Positions 44,330 through 56,643 of a DNA stretch of 64,000 nt are shown here, piece by piece (the stretch's first letter is position 1; every line of letters begins with the position of its first letter). Below the pieces are notes generated by a model. It saw only the letters and a program-made list of their open reading frames with translations, did no database searches and was not told where the DNA came from. The DNA is from Eledone cirrhosa (Eukaryota), in NCBI GenBank assembly GCA_964016885.1, contig OZ024753.1, positions 38,254,001-38,318,000 on the forward strand, in the 5' to 3' direction. The position numbers were made by a program, and so were the translations under genes.

Positions 44330-45108
44330 TATTTATATATATATAAACTTTATTGGTATATTACAATCGTTTCAATATCGATCAGCTCAGTGTACAATTA
44401 TAATGGTTGCATAGTGACAATCTTATTCAAGTATAAGTGTATGTCCCTGTGTGTGTGTGTTTCCCCGAGTGTGTGTCCGTTTTCGAGCAGTGAATAGCAT
44501 AACACGTGGTTCATTATAAAGCAAGAACAGGAAAAGACAGAGGAGAAAGTTTTGAAAAAGCGAAAACACAATAAATAGTGTAAATAATTTTTTAATGTAA
44601 TAAATATAAATATAATATATTGAAAAGTGAAAGAGGAATAAAGAAAGACAAAGAGAGGGGGAGAGTCATGTGTGTGTAGAGAAAGAGAGAGAGATAAATA
44701 CATAGAGAGACAGAGAGAAAGTGAGAAATACATAAACAAACAGTGAGAGAAAGACAGAAAAAGAGAGAGACAGGGAGAGAAATACATATAAAGACAGAGA
44801 TAAAAGATACATAGACAAACAGAGAGAGAGAGAGGGGGAGAAAGATAGATAGAAAGAAAGAGTAAGAAATACATAAGCAAACAGAGAGAACTACAGAGAC
44901 GAACAATGAGAGTGAGAAATACAGACTAACAGTGCGAGGGAAAGAGAAATACATAGATAAACAGTGAGAGAGAGAGAAAGAGAGTGAGAGGGAGAAACAG
45001 AGACAAAGAGGAAGAAGGTTAAGGTGCCTTTCCTCAATTTATTAGTCTCCAGTGCGCAAGTCCAATACAAGTTTCTAGTTGTTTCAGGCAATTTGATATA
45101 TTTCCATC

Positions 45109-45174
45109 ATGCAGGCTGTTTGTGTATTGTCATGTTCCGAAATTGTGGCAGGGAAAATATTCTTCAAACAGGAG
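45109..45174 (+). CDS. SOD1: SOD1 coding exon 1
   Basis: [22 protein letters not shown], donor gtatag, phase 0. Confidence 0.88.
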
Positions 45175-45830
45175 GTATAGTATAAATATACATACATACA
45201 TACACACACATATATACACGATACAAATGTCCCAATGGTATAAGCTATCTCGATTATATATAAATATATGTTGATCGTTTTATCTTTGCTTTTACTCTTA
45301 GATAATTGTTCTGGTTGAACACTGCTATTATATATATATGCGCTATATATATATAGAGAGAGAGAGAAAAGAGTACTCAATACCGAAGTAGAGTTTAAAT
45401 ATTTTTATTATGGCTAAATAGTGAGTCTTTTTACTCTGGAGTTTCGCCTATTTCTTACAGGGTCATAGACAAGAATATATATATATATGTATAACGAAGT
45501 TGTTTTAAATACCTGTGTACTTAAAACATGCAAACATTAACTAAATGAGCAGAATGAAGGTGGCAGTGACTTCGAAGTTTCAATCCGAGTTAAGATCAGT
45601 AACACCATTATCCAACTATACTCTATTAAGAAATCAGTGTGTAGATATAATAAGGATTCTGTCCTACAATGGAGATTTTCCCATTTGACAGAAATAAAAC
45701 AGTCTTCAAACCAGCAGTAAAGCTTCCCGCCACCCCCCCCCCCAAAAAAACTGTTTCAGTATCGATTTATAACGAGGATTAATCACTTGAATATATAATT
45801 AGTTTAGTTATTCACTGCTATTCTATATGC

Positions 45831-45867
<37 letters not shown>

Positions 45868-47241
45868 CTAACAATTAGATTTCTGCATTACCAAGTGGTT
45901 TCAGGGACGTAAACGGGTTTAAATTTAACTTCTACATTGTTGATGGCTGTTTTCTTTCATTTGTAATGCGCTGGCGATCAATTTAATCGACTTTCTCCTC
46001 ACTGAAAATTGTAATATTATTTATAATAATTTCGGTAATTCTCAAGATAAACTCCTTAGAAAAAATATATAATGAGGTTGAAATAAAATGTGATATTCAT
46101 GTCTTTCTTGAGGGCGGTAGTGTGTAAAATAAGGTTTATAAAACCTCGGTTTCATATTTCCTTGTGGTTTGTCTATAAACAAGTTTTTTGATGACCCAAC
46201 TAAGTCGGAAAAACGATGAAATCTTTTTTTTTTTTATTTCTTCAAGTTACTAGAAAATACATATGTTTTGCATGTTACACGTTTATTGGTCACCGCCATT
46301 CTGTATCTAAATTATAATATATATAATAAAAGAAACAAACAAAACATGGGGAGACAATTTTAAACAGTTATATTAAGTTCACTCTTGGAGGAAGTGGATA
46401 TATATATTATAATATATATATAATTATATATATATATATATACACAGATATAACTGCTTAATGTTGATTGTCGTGAGAATACGTGAGACGATAGTAAGAG
46501 ATAAATATTGTTTAGTCAAATGCCTGTGTATTCACATGGTCATTCGTCTGATGACCGTGTGAATACATACACAGGCATAATTCTAATGTAACAGTATTCT
46601 AACATGACCGTATATATATATATAAATATATATATATATTTATATATATATATATATATATATAAATAACCATACTCTACTACCCCAAGTATCCAGTACT
46701 CTAATAAGTAATGGTCTAACCAGTTTCAAACTGAATCCATCCTAATATATATATATATGGCGTTCCTTCCTTTTAGCGGTCGTAATAATGAAAGTAAATT
46801 TATTTTCCTTTTCGAACGTCGTGTTTACATTTTGTGTGTGTTTAGATCTAAATTAGTTACTGAGATTAAAGACAAAATCAGAGCCTCTGTCGTTTTAACT
46901 GATTATATATATATGTGTGTGTGTAGTTGACGGTTGAGAGAAGAGTACTCAATACCGAAGTAATCCTGTAATGAGGCTTGCAGAATGGTGAGTCCGCCAT
47001 TCTGGACGCTGCTGCCTTGTAGAAGTCCCAAATCGAAGCTGTGACACTCTCGTCTCCATCATTCAGCAGTAATTTTGCCAGGCAGCCGCATCATCTCCGA
47101 TGGTTGGGCTTCCTATTCGGAAATTGAGGAAATTGAAGGTGGGATTTACGTTCATGATGTGGTGCACGAACGGAACTTTCCATTCTAATAAAAGTGTGTA
47201 TACATTTTTGGGGGACACCCGGTGTGTGTGTGTGTATGTAT

Positions 47242-47306
<65 letters not shown>

Positions 47307-47848
47307 GGACACACTAGAAGAGGAAGACCAAGGTTAACATATGTTGATGCCCTAAGGACAGACACTGGTCTGTTGGAGATGCAGGATATGGCAGCGATAA
47401 TGAGGGACAGAGACCGCTGGAGAGAACTCGTCCATGGATCTCGGGAATTTTACCCGCCTTAGATAGATAGATATATATATGATACCATTTGATTTAAAAC
47501 GGGATTTACTAGTCAAAAAAGGAGTGTCGACTTGACTTGGACATATAATATCCCAGATTCTACAAGGGGCGTGGGTGAAATTTTTTTAAACATCGGTCTG
47601 ATGGGTCAGGGGCTAACCAGTGGACGTAGGGTGGTGGGGGACTAAATAACAACCGAGTGCTCGCTTTTTCACAGTAACTTACTACATATATAAACACTCC
47701 ACACACACACACAAGCCATTTTCCTTTCATATAAGTCCTAAATTTAATATACATCTCGCATCCGTAGTCTTGGTAAACCATGTATTCGTCTCTTGTGTTT
47801 TTTTTTCGTAACCTAATTCAACTTTTATTATCATATAACATATATAAG

Positions 47849-47894
<46 letters not shown>

Positions 47895-49806
47895 CAATTA
47901 ATTATTTTTAGAAAACATAAATATAATAGACACAAATATATGAAAGCGGAAGACCCCCCCCCCCCTTAATTTAACACTTAAGTGCGTCTAATACAGTGGC
48001 GGCTCGTGGCTAAAATTAAAAATGTTTAGCCATCGTTTTAATATTCTGTAAAACGAAACAAACATATAAAATAAAAATTTAAACATAAACTTGATAAAAT
48101 CTTAAACCAAAAAAAATATTTTCTACTTATAGTTACTGTTCAAGCTTGATCCATGTAATCCATTCTTGTATTATTTTGAGCGAAAGGGTTAATAATTGTC
48201 TCCATTGAAAGCACTGCAAGTGCTTCTAGTCTTTCGGGATTTATAGTGATCCTTAGAAAAGTTTTTATTTTTTTCAGTGTTGAAAAAGTAGAGTTTTGGC
48301 TCTGATGTAGTCTTAGGAATTATCAAGAGCATTTTTATCAGATTATTTTCAGTAGCTCAATTAATTTGCAATATTCATGCATATCGGATCAACAATAAAA
48401 TACTTTTAGTTCAGTTTCAAGCTTTTCTTTGTCAATCATGGGATATGCTTCAATGGTCAGTACTATCTATTCTGTAGGCAGATCATTCTTAAAACTTGTG
48501 AATCTTTTCTCGTTGAACAATTTAGCAACTACTAAGTGTTTATTGGAAGAATATTTGTCCATTATATCAACACATATGCTGTCACATTTACTTTGCTTCT
48601 GAATTAAAGCTATGATTAAACTTCTTGTTGCTTATTTGAATATTAGGTGTTGAACTGCCTCTTTTCTTTACTGTAACTTTCTCTTGGAGAAACAACAGTA
48701 AACATTTAAGCTGTTAAAGTTCACTTATTTCTTGACGATGGAAGATCATGGTAAAATTATTTAAATTTTCTATACAATAAAACAACTGAAAAAAACACAA
48801 CAATGGATTAAATAGAATAGCTGGAAGTATGATAGTCATCTACAGTTTATCTCATATAAGAAAGTGGTATTCGGGTTTTAAGCACAACACCCGTTGAGTC
48901 CAAAATAAACATTACCTGACATTCGGATTCGGACAAGAATGTCGTCTGCTTTTTCTGACCATCGTTCAAGCGTCTTTTGGACATGTGCGCATGCGCACAA
49001 CAGCCAAACACTGAAACTGTAAAACACACAGTTCTCCATACAAGGATTTTTGTAATTTTTCACGAACGAGGGTTGACTACTGACATTAAGCTTAAGAGTT
49101 ATATAATGTATTAGTATAAAGAAAATAAAAGACTCCATTATATTGAACCTTGAGTGAAAATAGGGGGGAGGGGGCTGTATACGAGCCACCACAGGTTTAA
49201 ATGGTCACATCACATTGGTCAACGGAAATTTTTGAGGCAAGCCAACATGCTCGCAGCATTACTGCAGCTGATGGCGAGGATAAGGCGCTGAAACAATCAA
49301 CACCCTCACTATGTATTTACTCTTGATTGTATGGAAAACTGGCCGTTACCCCATACAGTACGTGTTCCCTCTTCGTTTGACTATTGTACAAGGGAAGAAG
49401 GGCAATAGACGATACAAGCTACTCGTCGCAGCATTGTATTAAACAAGTAGCTAGGGTAGCTGCGCTTTATACTATAATAAATACTATATTGTCTTTAATA
49501 AACCCTTTTGAGACCAGCCCGTCTAGAACCGCTCGTAGTTGTACGCCAGGGATCCATCATCGGGGACTATTCTGATGAATCACCGGCTGCTTCTTTCCTA
49601 CGCTGTTTTTTGTGGGGAGAGGGGGTTATTATAACATCCGTCTCCAAGACGGGTTTTATGGAGATCTCTGGTGGGGCAACCACAGAAAATGAATAATTTA
49701 CGATGTTTTTAAAGACCATATTCGTTCAGAACACTTAAAAAAATCACAGAATAAACAAATTTCATTCAAGTTTCTAACCAAACTTTTCAACTATTTTAAT
49801 TTATTT

Positions 49807-49844
<38 letters not shown>

Positions 49845-52800
49845 TTGGGGCCCTATCTACATTCAATACCTAAACTGTGTCAAGCATGAGTTGATGCTCC
49901 GCCACGTGTTGGTTTGACCTAGTTCTGCTCCATACACAGTAGGCAGACACTACTATCAATTCAGCTACACTCTGTCCTTATAAAACAAATCTATCATTTT
50001 AGATTGCTTTCCTTTTCTATTTTTTTAAAACTAAATTAAAGCATCTCTTAATTGTTTAGTTACAAAGGTATATATGACTATAATAAATAATTTATATATA
50101 CAGGGTGTCCTGAAAAATGCATACATATGTATACAATATTTTTACAGTAAAGGCTTTATCCCGCATATCGAATATGAGATTTTGATATTATTTATATTGA
50201 GAACAATACCTTAATATTAGCATGAGTGGCCGGCTTGAACAGAAAGAGGTGAGAGAATTCTGGCCAGATATGGCCGGTTTAAATGCTCATGGGCTAATAC
50301 TTTGAAATGCTTTGTTTCAAAAACAAAACAAAAATACATTGTTATCAGTCTTCTGAAGGCTGTCCTTCAGTATGTCCTTGACCAAATATAATGACTGAGA
50401 CAAACAAAAAACATATCTTCAAATTAACTTGACCTCAATTTCAATTACCATTTACTGTGAGCCAGTTTCTCTTCAAAGTAAATCCTTCTGCTTCCTCTGG
50501 AGCATGAAAACCATAATTTTGAACTCGGATTTCAAATAAATTTAAAAAAATTAAAATTTGGAGAGATTAAGTAATATAACTTTATTTCCTCTCATGTCTT
50601 TCATAGTCCTTTCCTCTACAGCCAGATCTGCCTTTCCTTACCCCTCCATTTTCTCATTGCTTGATTTTTTTTTTTTTAATGCCAAGTATCTGTTTTACTT
50701 TTCAGGGAGTTTCAAGTCCTGTAAAGGTTACTGGTGAAATTACTGGTATGCCTGATGGTAAACATGGCTTCCATGTTCATGAATTTGGAGATAATACAAA
50801 TGGTAGATAATAAATTTTCTTTATATCTGCACTTCTCTTCCTCCTCTTCTCCATGACTGTCCTTCCACTTTCTCTCTGTCTCTTTTCATGACTGCTTCTG
50901 TACTTACCCCCTCTCTCTCTTTGCTTCTTTTCTCCTTCCCTTCTTGACTCTGCAGCCCACTCTCCCTTCAGATTTGAACTCAATATTAAAAGTTTGGGTC
51001 CAACATGTAAATTATACCAGTCAAGTTTTGTGGTTGATTTAACCCTTTCGTGATCATATTCCTAATGAAATACTTTGTATTTTTATTTGATTAATGAAAA
51101 ATTTTGATGAACTTACTAAAATAAACTTCATTAATGATTCTTATATCAAATTATGTTGGGTGTGTGGTCTTAAGTGAAATAGGAATGCTTTAAAATGGAT
51201 GGTTTGTTTCACAGAATCACCAGCAGTTTTGGAGCAGGTTGGTATAAAAAAAGGGATTTGATTAATTGAAATAGTATATTTCATTGGAGATACGATCACA
51301 AAAGGGTTAAAGAAGTACCAGTCATGTAGTGAGGTTGATTTTTTTTTTTTTTTTTTTTTTTTTAAACACATTCTGCTCCTTATTGCACCTCAATTTTTCA
51401 CTATTTTTTTCAATTGCAGTCTGATATTTAGTATGGTATGTATATATATCATTTTTTTTTTTTTTTTTCTAGGATGTGTGAGTGCTGGTGGTCACTTCAA
51501 CCCGGAGGGGAAAGAACATGGTGCACCTTCTGATGTTAATCGGTAAATAGTTTAAGTGTCTTTTTCCAATTTGTGTGAATTATTAGTCCTTTCTCGACTA
51601 TATTTCTAATGAAATACACACATTTCAATTACTGAAGAATTTACTAAACTATTATGGCACCAATACGACCAAGTTATGGGGTGAACTGGTTTCTTTTGTT
51701 GTGGCATCAATACGACCACCCTATGGGGTGAATTGGGTTCTTTTGTTGTGGCATCAATACGACCACCCTATGGGGTGAACTGGGTTCTTTTGTTGTGGCA
51801 TCAATACGACCACTCTATGGGGTGAACTGGGTTCTTTTGTTGTGGCATCAATACGACCACTCTATGGGGTGAACTGGGTTCTTTTGTTGTGGCATCAATA
51901 CGACCACCCTATGGGGTGAACTGGGTTCTTTTGTTGTGGCATCAATACGACCAACTTATGGGGTGAACTGGGTTCTTTTGTTGTGGCACCAATACGACCA
52001 CTCTATGGGGTGAACTGGGTTCTTTTGTTGAGGCATCAATATAGGCGCCTTAAGAGGTGAACTGGGTTTTTTTTTTTTTTTTAAATATGTTTTCTTCTTT
52101 CAGGCATGTTGGAGACCTTGGTAATGTTGAGTCTGTGCAAAAAGTAGCTAAGGTTGACATAGAAGACTCAAAAATAACCCTGAATGGATCAAACAGTATA
52201 ATTGGAAGAACATTGGTGGTAAGTTTAACCCTTTAGCATTTACATTACTTTATATAAACTATTCTATTTTCACAGTAAAGGCTTTATCTTACATAATATT
52301 GAATCTGAGATTTTGATATTTATTTTGGGAACAATACCTTAATGTCAGTATGAGTGTCCAGTTATGGCTGGTTTGAACGCTATTCTATAAAATCTCACTT
52401 GATTCTTTCAGTAAAACATTGCAGCCTTGAAGGAAACTTTAGTTTGTCATTAAATTGTGACCTTGCACAGGCATTACTTTGAAAGGATTCTTACTGGTTT
52501 GTCATTAGACTATAGCACTGCCTTAAAGATTTCAGTTATTAGACTGCAGCCATACTGGGGATTTTTTTTAGTTAATCATATTGATCCCAGTACCTATTTT
52601 TTCAAGTTTGGTACTTAATAGTTAAACTAAGTTATAGGACATGAACAGTAAACATACATGGTGCTTCCACTGTTTCCATATAACAAATTTCACTATGATA
52701 ATGGTCAACCATAGTTTATCAAACGCTTTGTTGAACTGCTATGATAGGGGATGTAAACATATGCATTACACTCACTCACTCATATATATCATCGTTTAAT

Positions 52801-53204
52801 GCCAGCTTCCCCTGCTAACAAGGGTTGGACAGGTTTACATAGACCAAGTTAGCACTGACCTTCCAGTTAGGCCAAAGAGTCTGCATCTCACTTGCGTACG
52901 GTTATAACGTTCTATCGAGTGCAGAGGAGCTGTATCTTTTGGACATAAATTGAAGGGTCCTCCCAACTCGATATATACACAGGTACAAGGCATTTGTCAA
53001 CCCAAGGGGCCATTCACTTAAGACTGAACCAAACTCCTTAACCCCACTGCCATGTTTGTGCCTATCTTTACTATATTTTTCTTTCTGCAGGTCCATGAAG
53101 ATGTTGATGATTTAGGTCGCGGTGGCCATAAAGATAGCAAAACTACTGGTAATGCTGGCAAAAGACTGGCATGTGGTGTAATTGGTATTGCTAAATTACA
53201 ATAA
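45109..53204 (+). CDS. SOD1: Cu/Zn superoxide dismutase, 153 aa, join(45109-45174,50706-50802,51473-51542,52104-52218,53091-53204)
   Basis: 462-nt spliced frame with all GT-AG introns and SOD1-type intron positions; ligands H45, H47, H62, H70, H79, D82, H118, disulfide C56/C144 and catalytic R141 present. Confidence 0.96.
47001..47179 (+). pseudogene. Merlin/IS1595-family DDE transposase fragment
   Basis: [23 protein letters not shown], frameshift, [36 protein letters not shown]. Confidence 0.8.
47304..47474 (+). mobile_element. 3' end of an RTE-clade LINE
   Basis: [22 protein letters not shown]...[11 protein letters not shown], stop, (TAGA)n tail. Confidence 0.8.
47994..49194 (-). mobile_element. 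Internally deleted hAT transposon (ZMYM1-like transposase relic) in SOD1 intron 1
   Basis: TIRs cagtggcggctcgt / acgagccaccacag (12/14); minus-strand peptides [27 protein letters not shown] and [29 protein letters not shown] (hAT dimerization domain). Confidence 0.82.
48984..48999. promoter_or_regulatory. Perfect 16-bp palindrome: NRF1 consensus with an MRE core on each strand
   Basis: tgtgcgcatgcgcaca contains TGCGCATGCGCA and TGCGCAC (TGCRCNC). Confidence 0.45.
50706..50802 (+). CDS. SOD1: SOD1 coding exon 2 (97 nt)
   Basis: [32 protein letters not shown]; ttttcag acceptor, gtagat donor. Confidence 0.97.
51043..51306. mobile_element. piggyBac-like MITE in SOD1 intron 2
   Basis: ttaa|ccctttcgtgatc ... 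gatcacaaaaggg|ttaa. Confidence 0.75.
51473..51542 (+). CDS. SOD1: SOD1 coding exon 3 (70 nt)
   Basis: [24 protein letters not shown]; ctag acceptor, gtaaat donor. Confidence 0.97.
51654..52068. repeat. 47-bp minisatellite, ~9 copies, in SOD1 intron 3
   Basis: Unit gtggcatcaatacgaccac(c/t)ctatggggtgaactgggttcttttgtt at 51701, 51748, 51795 and onward. Confidence 0.95.
52104..52218 (+). CDS. SOD1: SOD1 coding exon 4 (115 nt)
   Basis: [38 protein letters not shown]; tttcag acceptor, gtaagt donor. Confidence 0.97.
53091..53204 (+). CDS. SOD1: SOD1 coding exon 5
   Basis: [37 protein letters not shown]; tgcag acceptor. Confidence 0.97.
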   Translation, partial: VHEDVDDLGRGGHKDSKTTGNAGKRLACGVIGIAKLQ

Positions 53205-53267
53205 AAAAAACACTGAATTCCAAAAATATTTTCATTAAATGCTAGTTTTCTAAATGATTTTGTTGCA

Positions 53268-53273
53268 AATAAA
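53268..53273 (+). terminator. Probable SOD1 polyadenylation signal
   Basis: AATAAA followed by a T/GT-rich stretch; a second AATAAA overlaps the stop codon at 53200-53205. Confidence 0.6.
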
Positions 53274-55289
53274 GTTTGTTTCTTAATTTTATGTCTGTGT
53301 ACGTGTTAATGGCTTCCATGGGTTTTGACCACTCTATATTTCCATATTAGTCAACGGAATTAGCAGACTCATTAGATAGTTATGTGGTATTCATTCAACC
53401 TTTTTAGCCTTGTTAAAAAAAAAAGTGCATCCTATGCTGAGGTCTATTCTTCCAGTCTCCAGCACACTACTTCTGATTTCTTTTACACCCGGCTTGCCTC
53501 ATTTTTCTCCACTGCATAATTTAATTTGATACCAATCTGTGAGACTGCCTTGGTTTTGATCATACTTAAGAGGGTGTTGTAGTTTGGTCATTGCAAAAAA
53601 AGCCTTTGTCTAACCAGACATTAGAACAATGATGATGATAAAGAAAATACTGTTTTTTCTCAGAGTTACAGCAATGCAAATAAGACTTTCCATTATTTTA
53701 TCTTAGAAACTTGTAATTTATACTCTAAATCCCTCAAATTACATTTTTTAATATATGAAATACAATCACAAATAAGGTAAACTGCAATGACTAGCCAAAG
53801 GCTTTCTCACATAATATCAAATCAATGAGATTTTGATAACAATACCTTATCAGTATGAGCGGCCAGAATTCTGGCTTGCATATTTATGATGAAAGGGTAT
53901 TTGGAGAGCCACTACTTCTCCGAATTGAGAGCATGTGATCAGAGTTTCAGAAGTGATGAAAAAATTTAAAAAAACAAATGCAAAAAGACTTGAATTTACA
54001 AATTTTAATAAGAAATGTCTGTACATTATAACAGTCATGTTATGAAAAGATGGAGGAGGGGAGGGGGGCCTAAATGAAAAAAAATTACCACCTGTTCTAA
54101 GTTCTGTACCTGGAACTCGATCTGAAATCAAATGAAAAGAGATACTACATGAAATCAACAGATGAATATTGGAAATAGAGGTTTGAATGTCTGTATAATC
54201 AATTGAATTGAAAAATATATGCATGATGATGATTTCATTTTAACATAACATGTAACTCAATTACAAACACTACCAGCTCATATACTACTAATAAGTTTAA
54301 TAACAATGTTACAAATGAAATGGATTTTCAAAAATAAAATATATATATATACACACATCATATTTCAGTGTATTAATGCACACTTTTTGTTACTAAAAAT
54401 AGGTCTTATAAACTGCTCACTACATTATACACATAAGGTCATTTTAAATCTGGTGAAGTTCATCCCTCTCTAGATCTGAAAACTCAATTTCTTCCAGAGG
54501 AGAGAGAATTGACCTTAGTACTTGACTGGTACTTCTGTTGACCATGGCAGGAAGTAAGGACAAATGACACAAATCAATTTGCCACCTATCATTTCTATTA
54601 AGTGGTTAAAAATGGTTCTACATTTGGCTTTTAGTACCTTTAGAGTTTACTGAGGTTTTTGCAAGAAACTTTCTCTTCAAATTAAGAGTGCATATTATAC
54701 ACTGTGAAATATGGTGAGTATATTTATATATGTATGTATAAATAGATAGTAAAACAGAAGAACCACCAGTGTGTAATTATATATATGATATATATATATA
54801 ATAATAATGATAATAATGCCTTAATGAAATTTTACCAATATGGAAATTGTTTTTACAGAACATTACAAATTCTACCAATGAGTAATCAACCTGATTTGCA
54901 AACATCCATAGGGTGAGGTGTTTCTTCTCTGGTCACTTTAATAAATCTATTTTTAGGTGACTCCAAGAAACAAAGCAGGCAGTTTCTGTAACAGTTAAGA
55001 TGAAATTTCAACACAAAAGCAACACCTCCATCCTTAAAAATATTTTACTTATTTTCAAAGGATGTATGTAGGTCAGTATTATATTCTTAAAGAATACAAA
55101 ACAACTGAAATTTAACCTTTTATGTAAATGAGAGTTAATTGAATATTGTGTTTTTTTTTAACTTAACCTAAATTTTGATCCTCAATATGAAAACCATATG
55201 CAAAAAAAAACCCCACTTAAATATCTTTTATGACTGGACTGTTATTACCGCTAATAGTCTAAAGTCTGTCTTGAGCCCAGAGGCTTCTA

Positions 55290-55905
55290 AGACCAGTGCT
55301 TATTCCAGTTTTTGTGGCAGGAAGGGACTGAAAGTACAAGACCTCCCCCTGGACAAGATACCAGTCCATCGCAGTGTTAACCCCCCCCCCCACCGTATCT
55401 ATTGCTGGCACTCATTTTCAGCTGAGTATACTGGAGCAACGTGAAATGAAGTGTTTTGCTCAAGAACACAACACACAACCCAGTCCAGGAATTGAACCCA
55501 CGTCATTATGATCGTAAGTCCAACACCCTTACCACTAGGTTATGCACCTCCACATTGCTAATAGACACAAGTTAAATTATTTACTGATCCTAAATATTGA
55601 TTTCTAATTGGGGGAAAGGACGAAGTTGAATACATCAACCCCAGTACTTGACTGGTACTTCATTTAGTCGATGCCAAAAGAGTGATAAGCAAAGTTGACC
55701 TCAGTGAGATTGGAATTCAGAATGTCCAGAGCCAGAAGAAATACCTCTTTAGCATTTTATCCAGTGCTTGACCAATTCTGTTACCCATCACCTTCAACTG
55801 ATCATAAATATTGGTTTCTGATTTAGGCACAAGGCCAACAATTTTGGGAGAGGGGAAAGTCGATTTAATTGACCCCCAGTACATCACTGGTACTTTATTT
55901 TATCG
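55290..55905 (-). mobile_element. SINE family B copy followed by two SINE family A copies
   Basis: cagctgagtatactggagcaacgtgaaatgaagtgttttgctcaagaacacaac; ggcacaaggccaacaatt...ctggtactttattttatcga. Confidence 0.7.
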
Positions 55906-56413
55906 AACTGATCATAAATATCAAAAACATTTCACTATTTACTTTTTGAAACAATATAGTGTCTAGTCCATTCCCAAATATGCCAAGCAAGCACAGGCCG
56001 AAAACTAACCTAACATTTTGAAGTCAACAGTACTGTTATCTGGAGTCACCTGAACCCAGGACTAAAATCACTTTATTTTCAAAGAAACAGATAATGCTAT
56101 ATCCAGTATTGAAATAATGTTTCTTAGTTTATGTCTAAACATTCACACTAAGTCGACTCTGATATAAACAGGCCACTATAGGCTTAGTCTAAATGAAAGC
56201 AATGTTTTTCCTTGGCAATGAAAATACTTTGATGTTATGGATGCACCCCCATTTTGAGATACTAAATTTTGACAAAAAGAGAAAAATTTATCCTAAAAAC
56301 AAAACTTTCACCTAATGTAACCTTTGGTCTCCTCAACATAAATTTTCGAAACATTTTTGGCGGCAAAAAACTGTCTTCCATACTGGGAAAAATGATAGTT
56401 TCCTTAAAGCAGA

Positions 56414-56643
56414 ATGTTATTTGAAGGCTATGACAAGGCAAAATGGACGGTAGATTTTAGAATAAATTGTAGGCAACAAAGATGTTAGTGTGTTACCTGT
56501 TGTTATATTTACCTGTCCTAAAACTTTAAGTCTTCAAATATTAGGACAGGTACATAAAGCAACAGGTACTAACATCTACGTTGCCTTCAATTTATTCCAA
56601 AATCTACCGTCCATCTTGCATTGTCATAGCCTTCGAATAACAT
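56414..56643. repeat. Long fold-back element (MITE-like), ~105-bp arms
   Basis: atgttatttgaaggctatgacaa...acctgtcctaa mirrors ttaggacaggt...ttgtcatagccttcgaataacat. Confidence 0.85.

Noticed and set aside
51654-52068. CRISPR-like repeat with a small hairpin
   Set aside because: The units are contiguous and near-identical with no spacers, in a eukaryotic intron.
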